Positions 1 to 8,470 of a DNA stretch of 64,000 nucleotides are shown here, one piece after another (positions within the stretch are counted from its first letter, which is position 1; the number at the start of each line of letters is the position of its first letter). The DNA comes from Planctomycetota bacterium (GTDB lineage: Bacteria; Planctomycetota; UBA1135; UBA2386). The stretch covers positions 4,096,001 to 4,160,000 of the forward strand of contig JBKAGP010000001.1 in NCBI GenBank assembly GCA_046290465.1, written 5' to 3'. The notes beneath the pieces are model-generated. The model saw only the letters and a program-made list of their open reading frames with translations. It had not been told where the DNA came from and did no database searches. Made by a program: the position numbers and the translations under genes.

Positions 1-269
1 GGCAGCGGCGCGTTTCCGGAGCGCGGATTCCCCCCTTCGATCACTTCTACGAAGTCGGGGACCTGATCGCCGTCGGTGTCGGGGTTGGTGCTGTTGGTCA
101 GCACGACCCACTCGACGACGTCGGGCAGGAAATCACCATCCGTATCGATATCGGCGACGGTCTGGCCACTGCCACCCGTTGCCGCCACCGATTGGCCTGG
201 CTCCGACCATGCGACGAAGGCCGTCGCAAGTCCGCTAGCCACCAGAAGGAGGGAGAACTTTCGCTGCAT
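1..269 (-). CDS. Secreted protein with DxDxDG Ca-binding (thrombospondin type 3-like) repeats; 3' end outside the window
   Basis: Own translation from ATG 269: MQRKFSLLLVASGLATAFVAWSEPG...ADIDTDGDFLPDVVEWVVLTNSTNPDTDGDQVPDFVEV; signal-like N-terminus; open to the window edge. Confidence 0.7.
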   Translation of the reverse strand, partial: MQRKFSLLLVASGLATAFVAWSEPGQSVAATGGSGQTVADIDTDGDFLPDVVEWVVLTNSTNPDTDGDQVPDFVEVIEGGNPRSGNAPL

Positions 270-441
270 CAGGGACGCTGGGATGCCTGAACTAGCTGAG
301 AGGGGTCTCGGGGTTTCAAGCAGCCTGGGTAGTAGATTCAACCACCACGGGGGTCTTCAGGCAAGCCAGGGAACGCCGTGGATCGTGCGGAATCCCTACC
401 TAGACGGAGAAAGCTCGACCCTGCCCACGGGAGTCCCGTCG

Positions 442-470
442 TTGTCTTTCGGAGTGTGGCCCGATAAGAC
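442..470 (+). promoter_or_regulatory. Putative sigma70 promoter of the tRNA
   Basis: TTGTCT (442-447), 17 bp, TAAGAC (465-470), 11 bp before the tRNA. Confidence 0.45.
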
Positions 471-481
471 CGGTGTTTCGC

Positions 482-558
482 GCACCCGTAGCTCAGCTGG
501 ATAGAGCGACGGTCTCCGAAGCCGTAGGTCAGAGGTTCGACTCCTCTCGGGTGCGCCA
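482..558 (+). tRNA. tRNA-Arg(CCG)
   Basis: Acceptor stem GCACCCG/CGGGTGC, D-loop AGCTGGATA, anticodon arm ACGGT-CTCCGAA-GCCGT, T-loop TTCGACT, encoded CCA. Confidence 0.96.
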
Positions 559-596
559 GTTTCCGCGCTCCACCTCCGCCGGAGCAGGGCGCCGTT

Positions 597-629
597 TTTG
601 GTTCGGCGAAAGTATTTGGTTCGGCGAAA
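597..629. repeat. 15-bp perfect direct repeat TTTGGTTCGGCGAAA x2
   Basis: Copies at 597-611 and 615-629. Confidence 0.85.
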
Positions 630-642
630 CCGGGAGCCCGAC

Positions 643-2385
643 GTGCCGACGCTCGCATTCCACATCGACGTCACCCGCCCCGCCCAGCGCGAACTGCACG
701 TGCGCGCCACGTGGACGACCGACGCCGGCGGCGAGGTCGAGTTCTTCCTGCCGACCTGGACCCCGGGGAGCTACCTGCTGCGCGAGTACTCGCGCCACGT
801 GTCGCGGGTGCAGGCCTTCGAGCCCGGCACCGACCGCGAGCTCGCCTGCCGCAAGACCGCCAAGAACCGCTGGGTCGCCGCGACCGCCGGCGGCGGCGTC
901 GAGCTGCGCTACCGCGTCTACGCGCACGAGCTGACGGTTCGCACCGCGGACGTCGATGCGTCGCACGCCTACTGGAACCACACGTGCCTGTTGCTGTGGC
1001 CGCGCGAGCACCGCAACGTGCCGGCGGAGCTGGTCGTCGACTACCCGCCCAACTGGTCGCTGAGCTGCAGCCTGCCGTCCCACGTCGAGCCCGAACTGGA
1101 GCACAAGCGCTGCACGCTGCACGCGCGCGACCTCGACGACGCGCTCGACGCGCCGGTGCTGATCGGCACCACGCAGCGGGTCGAGTGGCAGGTCGACGGC
1201 GTGCCGCACGCGATCGAGCTCGACGGCCTCGGCTCGGTGTCGCCGCCGCCGACACTCGCGAGCGACCTCGAAGCGATCACGCGCACCGCCGCGGCGGTGT
1301 TCGGTGGGCAGCTGCCGTACGAGAGCTACCTGTTCCAGGCGTTGTTCGCCGGCGAAGGCTACGGCGGCCTCGAGCACCGCAACTCGTCGACGCTGCTGAT
1401 GCCGCGCACGTCGCTGACGACCGACAAGGGCTACCGCGACTTCCTTGGCCTCGCCGCGCACGAGCTGTTCCACGCGTGGAACGTCAAGCGAATGCGACCG
1501 GTCGAGTTCTGGGACTACGACTACGAGCAGGAGAACTACACCAGGCTGCTCTGGGTCATGGAGGGCTGGACCGCCTACTACGACGACCTGCTGGTGGTGC
1601 GCGCCGGCCTGATGAGCCACAAGGACTACCTCGCCACGATGGCGAAGAACCTGCAGGGCATGCGCTCGTCGCCGGGCCGCTTCGAGCTGAGTCTGGAGGA
1701 GTCGAGCTTCGACGCCTGGATCCGGCTGTATCGCCCCGACGAGAACACGCGCAACTCGTCGCAGAACTACTACGGCAACGGCGCCGTCGCGGCGCTGTGC
1801 CTCGACCTCGGCATCCGCCGCGCGACCTCGGGCGAGAAGAGCCTCGACGACGTGATGCAGCAGCTGTGGCGGGACTCGTACGAGAACGGTCGCGGCTACG
1901 AACTCGAGGACGTGCACCGCGCAATCACGCAGGTCGGCGGCGAGGCGCTGATCGAGCCGTTGCGCCAGCTGGTCACCGGCCCGCTCGACCCCGAACTGGA
2001 CGAGGTGCTGGTCGACGTCGGCGTCAAGGTCGAAGCCAACGATGCCGGCAAGCCGTACCTCGGTGTCGCGCTCAAGGGTGGGTCGACCAAGGTCGCTTCG
2101 GTCACGCGCGGCGGCCCGGCCTACGACGCGGGGGTCGCTCCGGACGACGAACTGCTCGCCATGCAGAACCTGCGCGTCACCAGTGGCAACTGGCAGGCGA
2201 TCCTGGCCGCGATCGCGCACGTCGACCAACCGTTCGAACTGCTGGTCGCGAGGCGTGGCGTCATCCGTTCGCTCGAGGTCACCCCCTCGGCGAGCCCCGG
2301 CACGATCAAGCTGGCCGCCAATCAGGACGCGACCGAGCCACAGGTCGCCGCACGCAACGCCTGGCTCGGCGCGGAAGCCGACTGA
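643..2385 (+). CDS. M61 family metallopeptidase (glycyl aminopeptidase-like) with C-terminal PDZ domain
   Basis: LPTWTPGSY N-terminus, GGLEH, HELFHAWN zinc motif, WVMEGWTAYY, PDZ-like tail; GTG 643 after GGGAG. Confidence 0.9.
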   Translation: MPTLAFHIDVTRPAQRELHVRATWTTDAGGEVEFFLPTWTPGSYLLREYSRHVSRVQAFEPGTDRELACRKTAKNRWVAATAGGGVELRYRVYAHELTVRTADVDASHAYWNHTCLLLWPREHRNVPAELVVDYPPNWSLSCSLPSHVEPELEHKRCTLHARDLDDALDAPVLIGTTQRVEWQVDGVPHAIELDGLGSVSPPPTLASDLEAITRTAAAVFGGQLPYESYLFQALFAGEGYGGLEHRNSSTLLMPRTSLTTDKGYRDFLGLAAHELFHAWNVKRMRPVEFWDYDYEQENYTRLLWVMEGWTAYYDDLLVVRAGLMSHKDYLATMAKNLQGMRSSPGRFELSLEESSFDAWIRLYRPDENTRNSSQNYYGNGAVAALCLDLGIRRATSGEKSLDDVMQQLWRDSYENGRGYELEDVHRAITQVGGEALIEPLRQLVTGPLDPELDEVLVDVGVKVEANDAGKPYLGVALKGGSTKVASVTRGGPAYDAGVAPDDELLAMQNLRVTSGNWQAILAAIAHVDQPFELLVARRGVIRSLEVTPSASPGTIKLAANQDATEPQVAARNAWLGAEAD

Positions 2386-2553
2386 TCTGCGCGGCCGCGG
2401 CGCTGGCTGCTGCTGGGGCCTCTGCTCGCCAATCCGCGCGAGCACCCTTGCCTGGCAGGTCTGCCGGCAGGTTCGCCGACGTCTTCGCGAGCACCTTCGA
2501 GGACCCTGGGAACCAGAGAGGACCCGTCGGGAAAGGCCGCTCGCAGCGGCGCG

Positions 2554-2808
2554 TCAGCCGAGCGAACTGTGCGTGCCGTCGCAGTAGGGGGCATTGCGGC
2601 TCTTGCCGCATGCACACCAGACCACCGTGCGCGGTTCGTCGAACACGACCTTGATCGGGGTCACGTCGGAATCGCGGTGTGTGCCGTCACACAGCGGGTA
2701 GGAGCTGCTCCGCTGGCATCGACACCAGGCGTGCTTGCCGGCGCCACACCGATCGACGAACGGGCCCTTGAGGACACGTCCGGGAGGTTGAGGACGGGAG
2801 TCGGTCAC
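2554..2808 (-). CDS. CDGSH iron-sulfur domain protein (two CDGSH motifs)
   Basis: WCRCQRSSSYPLCDGTH and WCACGKSRNAPYCDGTH. Confidence 0.9.
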   Translation of the reverse strand: MTDSRPQPPGRVLKGPFVDRCGAGKHAWCRCQRSSSYPLCDGTHRDSDVTPIKVVFDEPRTVVWCACGKSRNAPYCDGTHSSLG

Positions 2809-2831
2809 ACTCCCGTTCTACAACCTCCCGG
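2780..2831. repeat. About 22-bp inverted repeat centred on the CDGSH start codon
   Basis: CCGGGAGGTTG-AGGACGGGAGT (2780-2801), 7-nt loop, ACTCCCGTTCTACAACCTCCCGG (2809-2831). Confidence 0.85.
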
Positions 2832-3030
2832 CGGTCGAGTAGCAAGAGCTACCAAGCAATGGTTGCAGTCGGTTCCGCGGCTTCGGCGAGGAAGCCACGG
2901 AGTCAGAAGAAGGTGAGAGAAGCCCCCTCGACGCTGGCCCACCGAGGTAGGCCCACCGAGGCGGTCCGCCGCCGGCGGGCCGCCGACTCGTGGGGGAGTG
3001 GCATCGAGGATGAAAAGGGATGAGGGTCGG

Positions 3031-3657
3031 TCAGCGGAACTTGCGGATGACGCCGCGCACGACGCCGCGAAGCTGCACGCGGTTGGTGAACAGTGGCTCC
3101 ATCTCGCTGTTCGCCGGCTGCAGGCGGATCATGCCGTTGGACTCGCGGTAGAAGCGCTTCAGGGTCGCCTCCTCGTCCTCGAGGATCGCGACGACGATGT
3201 CGCCGTCGTTGGCGGTCTCGCGACGCTCGACCACGACCAGGTCGCCGTCGTCGATGTGGTCCTCGATCATCGACTTGCCCTTGACCCGCAGCAGGTAGAT
3301 GCGGTCCCCGGTCGGAACCAGGTCGGTCAGGCTCATGTCCTCGCGATCTTCGAGCACGTCGATCGGGCGGCCGGCCGCAATCGATCCGAGCAGCGGCAGG
3401 CTCGGGATCGGATCCTCGTGCTGGTCCATCTCCTCGGCATCCGGGTCGTAGAGGATCGCCACCGCGCGCGCCTTAGCGCGGTCGCGGTGGATGGCGCCCT
3501 TCTTGGTCAGCTGGTTGAGGTGCTCGTGGATCGTGATCTTGCTGACCCCGAGCGCCTGGGCGGCCTCGTCCAGCGTCGGGGCGATGCCGTTCTCCTTCCG
3601 GTAGTCGCGGAAGTAGCGCAGCACGCGGATCTGCTTCTCAGTGAGCATCAGGTTCAT
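3031..3657 (-). CDS. lexA: SOS repressor LexA
   Basis: wHTH (LTEKQ..APTLDE), IAAG cleavage site, GKSM catalytic Ser, ATLKRF catalytic Lys. Confidence 0.95.
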   Translation of the reverse strand: MNLMLTEKQIRVLRYFRDYRKENGIAPTLDEAAQALGVSKITIHEHLNQLTKKGAIHRDRAKARAVAILYDPDAEEMDQHEDPIPSLPLLGSIAAGRPIDVLEDREDMSLTDLVPTGDRIYLLRVKGKSMIEDHIDDGDLVVVERRETANDGDIVVAILEDEEATLKRFYRESNGMIRLQPANSEMEPLFTNRVQLRGVVRGVIRKFR

Positions 3658-3711
3658 TGCAGCTCTCCAGTCAGGAACGCGGGCGTCCGAGGACGGACGG
3701 CCTCCCGAACG

Positions 3712-4185
3712 TCACGCGAACATCGCGAGGGCCAGGAAGGTGATGATCATCATACAAGCACCGAACAACTCGAACGCATGCCGAATCCGGTTTCGCGCAA
3801 ACGAATCCCCGGCCTTGGCCTGCCTCGGCGGCTCGAGTTCTCGCACGACCCGCGGGCGGACCGGCTGCGGCCTGCCCGCCACCTTCGGCAGCGCCTCGTC
3901 GACCCACACCGTGGTCCGGCGGCCTCGGCGCACCTTGGTGCTAACCTCGCTCCAGGAAGCTGCTTGGCCTCGCTTCGCGGGCTCGACGACGGCCGCCCCC
4001 CAGCGCACGCGCTGGTTGGTCGCCGGACGGGTCGCCGGGCCCGTGCTGGTGCTCCGCGCCGCGCCACCCACCGCTCCCGCGGCTCGGCTGGCCGTCGTGC
4101 TGGCAGCGGTGCTGGCGGTCAGGCGCCGGCTGGCCTGGCGGGTCGAAGTGGTGAGGGGAAGCGTCTGCTGGCTGATCGTGACCAT
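3712..4185 (-). CDS. Small basic protein with a C-terminal TM helix, upstream of lexA
   Basis: ATG after CAGGA; Ala/Thr/Arg-rich body; hydrophobic end LFGACMMIITFLALAMFA. Confidence 0.6.
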   Translation of the reverse strand: MVTISQQTLPLTTSTRQASRRLTASTAASTTASRAAGAVGGAARSTSTGPATRPATNQRVRWGAAVVEPAKRGQAASWSEVSTKVRRGRRTTVWVDEALPKVAGRPQPVRPRVVRELEPPRQAKAGDSFARNRIRHAFELFGACMMIITFLALAMFA

Positions 4186-4210
4186 GTCTGGGTCCTGCCT
4201 GTAGGGTTTC

Positions 4211-4270
4211 GTTCGCGCTTTGTTTGGCTCGAAGTTAGCTCGATGTTCAGATCTGTCAACAACACCGTTC
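4211..4270 (-). promoter_or_regulatory. sigma70 promoter of the ORF-lexA unit with overlapping GAAC-N7-type direct repeats (candidate LexA operator)
   Basis: Minus strand TTGACA (4259-4254), 16 bp, TAACTT (4237-4232); plus-strand GTTC/GTTT/GTTA/GTTC/GTTC at 4211, 4222, 4234, 4245, 4267. Confidence 0.65.
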
Positions 4271-4394
4271 GGGTTTTTTTAGGTCCTCCGTTGAGCGGGG
4301 CTTCGGCGGCAATGGGGCGCAAGCCGAAATACCGACCGGGCGGAGCTGTTCTCTGCTCGTCATGCAGCGCCGTGCTGTTCGGAAGAACCTGCCG

Positions 4395-4943
4395 ATGGAA
4401 CGCCCCACGGACCACCTGAAGGACGACCACGTCGTGGCCGCCCGCGCGGTGCGTTGTCTGGCGGCGATCGCCCGGCAGGTGCGCCACGGGGACCCGTTCC
4501 CGGCGGACGACACGGCGACCGTGCTGCGCTTCCTGCGCGAGTGGGTCGTCGCCGTGCACATGCGCAAGGAGGACGAGGTCCTGGGTCCGGCGGTCGCGAT
4601 GCGTGGCGACGAACGGTCGGCGGAGATCGTCGGCGAGCTGTTCCGGCTGCACGAGGAGATCGCCGAACTGCTGCACTACCTGGTCCTGTTCTGGGAGCCG
4701 CTCGGCGAGCTGACGACCGAAGAACGGAGCGGCTTCGCCGAGACCGTCGACGCGCTGGTCGCACGCCTCGAGCGGCGCCAGGAGCTCGAGGAGAGCGGGC
4801 TGTTTCCGGCGTGCGATCGCTACGTGCCGGCCGACGACCAGCTGCACTGGATCGAGGAGTTCGCGCAGCTCGAGATCGAGCGCGGCACCCGCGCGGCGTG
4901 GGCGGACCAGATCCAGTCGCTCGCAACCCGCTGGCTGAGCTGA
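4395..4943 (+). CDS. Hemerythrin/HHE cation-binding domain protein
   Basis: LKDDH, HMRKEDEVLGP, HEE and EESGLFP motifs. Confidence 0.75.
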   Translation: MERPTDHLKDDHVVAARAVRCLAAIARQVRHGDPFPADDTATVLRFLREWVVAVHMRKEDEVLGPAVAMRGDERSAEIVGELFRLHEEIAELLHYLVLFWEPLGELTTEERSGFAETVDALVARLERRQELEESGLFPACDRYVPADDQLHWIEEFAQLEIERGTRAAWADQIQSLATRWLS

Positions 4944-5101
4944 GCCTGCGCGCACCCGCGCAGTTCGTGTCCGGCCGGAACTTGTCCCGCCGCCGAAGCC
5001 GCGCAGAATGGGGGTGCGAACCAACGCCGCGAAGGTCACGGGCCGGTCAGCCCGCGCGCGCGTCAGCGTGCCCCTGCGCGGCCAACAGAGAAGCCTCCCG
5101 C

Positions 5102-5761
5102 ATGATCCTCAAACTCGAGCGCCCCCTCGTCTTCCTCGACTTCGAAACCACCGGACTGGACGTCAAGCACGACCGGATCCTCGAACTGGCGTTCATCCGC
5201 CTGCTCCCCGACGGCACGCGCGAGGAGATGGTCCAGCGCATCAACCCGGGCATCGAGGTCAGCAAGACCGCGGCCAAGGTCACCGGCATCCACTCCAACG
5301 ACGCGATGGGCCTGTTCTGGGGGCCGCCGCTGAAGAAGGTCGGCGACAAGCTGCTCGAGTTCCTCGGCGACAGCGACATCGCCGGCTTCAACCAGATCAA
5401 CTACGACATGCCCCTGTGGCGCAACGAGTGCAAGCGCCACGACATTCCCTACGAGGAGGGCAGCCGCGCCCAGGTCGACGTGAAGGTCATCTTCAACGTC
5501 TGCGAGAAGACCTGGGACCGCTTCCTGATGGGGCCGCGCAACCTCTCGGCCGCCGTGCGCCACTACTGCGGCCGCGAGCTCGAGGGGGCGCACGCCGCCG
5601 AGCACGACACCCACGCGACCATCGACGTGCTGCTCGCCCAGCTCGAACGCCACCCCGAACTGCCGCGCGACGTGAAGGGCCTCAGCGACTTCTGCCTGCG
5701 CAACAGCGACGAGAACCGCGACGACGAGCCGAGCGAGATGACCGGCGGCGCGGGCCTGTGA
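5102..5761 (+). CDS. DEDDh 3'-5' exonuclease (DNA pol III epsilon-like)
   Basis: FLDFETTG (ExoI), GFNQINYD (ExoII), AHAAEHD (ExoIII). Confidence 0.9.
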   Translation: MILKLERPLVFLDFETTGLDVKHDRILELAFIRLLPDGTREEMVQRINPGIEVSKTAAKVTGIHSNDAMGLFWGPPLKKVGDKLLEFLGDSDIAGFNQINYDMPLWRNECKRHDIPYEEGSRAQVDVKVIFNVCEKTWDRFLMGPRNLSAAVRHYCGRELEGAHAAEHDTHATIDVLLAQLERHPELPRDVKGLSDFCLRNSDENRDDEPSEMTGGAGL

Positions 5762-6198
5762 GCTGGTCGACGCGTCTTCGCTACCGCTTCGGCGACATCG
5801 ACGACGCGGGCATCGCCTACTACCCCAAGCTGCTGCACTACTTCCACCAGGCCTTCGAGGACTGGTGGAGCGACGCGCTCGGGCACCCGTACCCCAAGCT
5901 GCTGCACGAAGACCAGCTCGGCTTTCCAGCCGTCAAGATCGAGGCCGAGTTCTTCGCGCCGATCGCGTATGGCGACGAGCCGGACGTGCACCTGGGCGTG
6001 CTGCACATGGGCACGTCGTCGGTGACGTTCGCGTTCTGGATGACGGTGGGGGACGAGCCGCGCCCGCGCTGCCGCGCGAAGATCACGACCGCCGCCGTGC
6101 ACATGGTCGAACGCACCAAGCTCGCGCTGCCGGAGAACTGGCGCGAGCGGTTCGCGTCGTTCGCGATGGACGAAGCGGACTACCCGAGCGGGCGGTAG
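5758..6198 (+). CDS. Acyl-CoA thioesterase (4HBT/YbgC hotdog fold)
   Basis: RFGDIDDAGIAYY motif; GTGA overlap with the upstream stop. Confidence 0.88.
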   Translation: MSWSTRLRYRFGDIDDAGIAYYPKLLHYFHQAFEDWWSDALGHPYPKLLHEDQLGFPAVKIEAEFFAPIAYGDEPDVHLGVLHMGTSSVTFAFWMTVGDEPRPRCRAKITTAAVHMVERTKLALPENWRERFASFAMDEADYPSGR

Positions 6199-6490
6199 GT
6201 GGTGCAGGGCGGGGGATTCCGAGGCAGCCTGGCGGGATCGGCGCCAAGCAGTCGCAAGCAAGCTCGACGTGTCATGCGAACGACTCCCGCTCGGAAGCCA
6301 GGCACGATGTCCTTCTCTTCATCGGTGTCCCGCCACATTTTGACTACGTGGGCTTGGCAGCCTGCAATCAGGTACGCCATTTTCTTCGCTGCCTGACTGC
6401 AGATGACGGCAGCCCTCGTGCACGATGGCGTGGATGCCGCGTGGGCGCGCAAGGCAGCCGTTGTTGGGATCTCTGTGCGCGCCGCCCATC

Positions 6491-7228
6491 ATGAAGCAAC
6501 CCACCAGCCGGACGAGCGTCGCCTTCGCACTCGCCCTCGTCGTGCTCGTCGCCAACCGGCTGCGCGGCGACATCCCGGGCTACCGCGACCTGCACATCTG
6601 GCTGCTCACGGAAGTGCACGTGCTCGCGGCCCAGGCCGTCGGGCCGCTGATCCTGGTCGTCGCGTCGCTGCTGCTGGCGCGCTTCGCGGCCGGCGCAGGC
6701 AACGCCACGCGCGCGCTCGGCCTGCGCGCGCCGGTCGGCAAGGGTCTGCTGCTCGGCTTCGTGATCGGCCTGCCGATGCTGCTGCAGGCGCCGTTCTCGT
6801 CGAACGGCTTTGCGTTCACGGTCGAGCAGCTGCACGCGATCGTCACGGCGCCGTTCAACGAAGAGGTGTTCTTCCGCGGCATGCTGGTGCTCGTGCCGGT
6901 CTACGTCGGTGGCCGGCGCTTCTGGCCGTTCGCGATCGGCGCGGGGCTCTTGTTCGGATCGGTGCACGTGCCGTGGGACGACCGCATCGGCATGCAGTAC
7001 TTCGCCACGTTCGCCGCGACGGCGGCCGGCGGCATCTGGTACGCGTGGCTGCTGCGCTGCTTCGACCGCAACCTGTGGTTGACGATCTCGCTGCACGCGA
7101 CGATGAACGCGGCGTGGGCGCTGTTCGACGTGTCCGACGACGCCGCCGGCGGGCTGTGGCCCAACGTCGGCCGCGGCCTGACGATCGCGCTCGGCACGGT
7201 GCTCGCCCTGCGCCGCTCCCGCAACTAG
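6491..7228 (+). CDS. CPBP (CAAX/Abi) family intramembrane glutamic endopeptidase
   Basis: NEEVFFRG, FGSVH, LHATMN; several TM segments. Confidence 0.85.
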   Translation: MKQPTSRTSVAFALALVVLVANRLRGDIPGYRDLHIWLLTEVHVLAAQAVGPLILVVASLLLARFAAGAGNATRALGLRAPVGKGLLLGFVIGLPMLLQAPFSSNGFAFTVEQLHAIVTAPFNEEVFFRGMLVLVPVYVGGRRFWPFAIGAGLLFGSVHVPWDDRIGMQYFATFAATAAGGIWYAWLLRCFDRNLWLTISLHATMNAAWALFDVSDDAAGGLWPNVGRGLTIALGTVLALRRSRN

Positions 7229-8448
7229 CGGATGACCGGTCGCGAACGACGCCGCTGCTGCTCGTAGACGAGCTGGTTCTGCTCGGCGAAGCGCTTGTCC
7301 GTCAGCGTGAACAAGAACGCCACCACCTCGTCGACCTGTGCGTCGGTCAGCTCCAGCTTCTGGATCTGCGGGTCCTGCCAGGTGTTCTTGTTGCCGCCGT
7401 CGTTGTAGTGCTCGACCACGTCCCACAGCGTCGCCATCGAACCGTCGTGCATGTACGGCGCGGTCAGCGCGACGTTGCGCAGCGGCGCGGTGCGGAACGC
7501 GCCGACCTGGTACTCGAGCTTGCTGATCAGCGCGCGCCCGAGCTCACCGTAGCTGCCGACGATCTCCGCCATGTCCGCCGACGACGGGTCGCGATCGCGC
7601 GCGCGCACCTTGGGAAACGCCTCGCGGCCGATCGCCTGGTGGTCGTGCCGGTCGAAGCCGACGCCGACGTTGTGGAAGTTGCCGTCCGACAGCAGCGGCT
7701 CGCGCAGGCTGATCGGATGGCACGACGTGCAGTGCTCGCGAAACACCTCCATGCCGGCCTTGGCCTGCTCGGAGATCGCATCGTCGTCGCCGGCGCGGAA
7801 CGCATCGAACGGAGCGTCCAGGAACACCAACGTGCGCTGGAACGCCGCCAGCGCGCGCGCGATGTCGTCGAACTGCGGCTCGCGCCCGTAGGCCAGTTCG
7901 AACAGCAGCACGTATTCCTCGACCTCGCGAACTCGCGTGACGACGGCAGCCTTGTCCGGCATGCCCATTTCGTGCGGGTTGAGGATCGGCGCGGCGGCCT
8001 GTTCTTCGAGCGTCTGCACGCGCCCGTCCCAGAACAGCCGCTTCTGCAGCGCCGCGTTCATCACCGACGGCGCGTTGCGCGGCACCACCTGGCCGCCAAC
8101 GCCGATCGACGTGCGCCGCGGCTCGGCGAAGCCGTGCTCGGGATCGTGGCAGCTCGCGCACGAGAGCGTGCGGTCCTTGGACAGTCGCTTGTCGAAGAAC
8201 AGCAGCTGGCCGAGACCGACCCGCGTGACGTCCGGCTCGTTGCCCTTCGGCGCCATCCCGAATGCGCCGCGGTAGTAGCTCCACTGCTCCTTGGCGATGC
8301 CGGGCGGGGTCGCCGTCCAGCCGGCCTCGGGCTCGAGCTGCGCCAGTGCGCGCAGCATCTGCGCGGTCTTGGTGCGGACGACGGATGGTTCGGTCTGCGC
8401 ACAGACGGTCGTCGTCAGCAGCACGGCGGCGCACCAGGAACGGATCAT
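7225..8448 (-). CDS. Di-heme cytochrome c peroxidase (bCcP/MauG superfamily)
   Basis: Signal peptide; CASCH and CTSCH; LFWDGR; LTAPYMHDG; start could be 8457. Confidence 0.9.
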   Translation of the reverse strand: MIRSWCAAVLLTTTVCAQTEPSVVRTKTAQMLRALAQLEPEAGWTATPPGIAKEQWSYYRGAFGMAPKGNEPDVTRVGLGQLLFFDKRLSKDRTLSCASCHDPEHGFAEPRRTSIGVGGQVVPRNAPSVMNAALQKRLFWDGRVQTLEEQAAAPILNPHEMGMPDKAAVVTRVREVEEYVLLFELAYGREPQFDDIARALAAFQRTLVFLDAPFDAFRAGDDDAISEQAKAGMEVFREHCTSCHPISLREPLLSDGNFHNVGVGFDRHDHQAIGREAFPKVRARDRDPSSADMAEIVGSYGELGRALISKLEYQVGAFRTAPLRNVALTAPYMHDGSMATLWDVVEHYNDGGNKNTWQDPQIQKLELTDAQVDEVVAFLFTLTDKRFAEQNQLVYEQQRRRSRPVIR

Positions 8449-8470
8449 GCCCGCCATGGTAGCGCCTGCC

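Noticed and set aside
482..2385. Genomic island integrated at tRNA-Arg
   Set aside because: No integrase, no duplicated tRNA 3' end seen, and the downstream gene has native codon usage.
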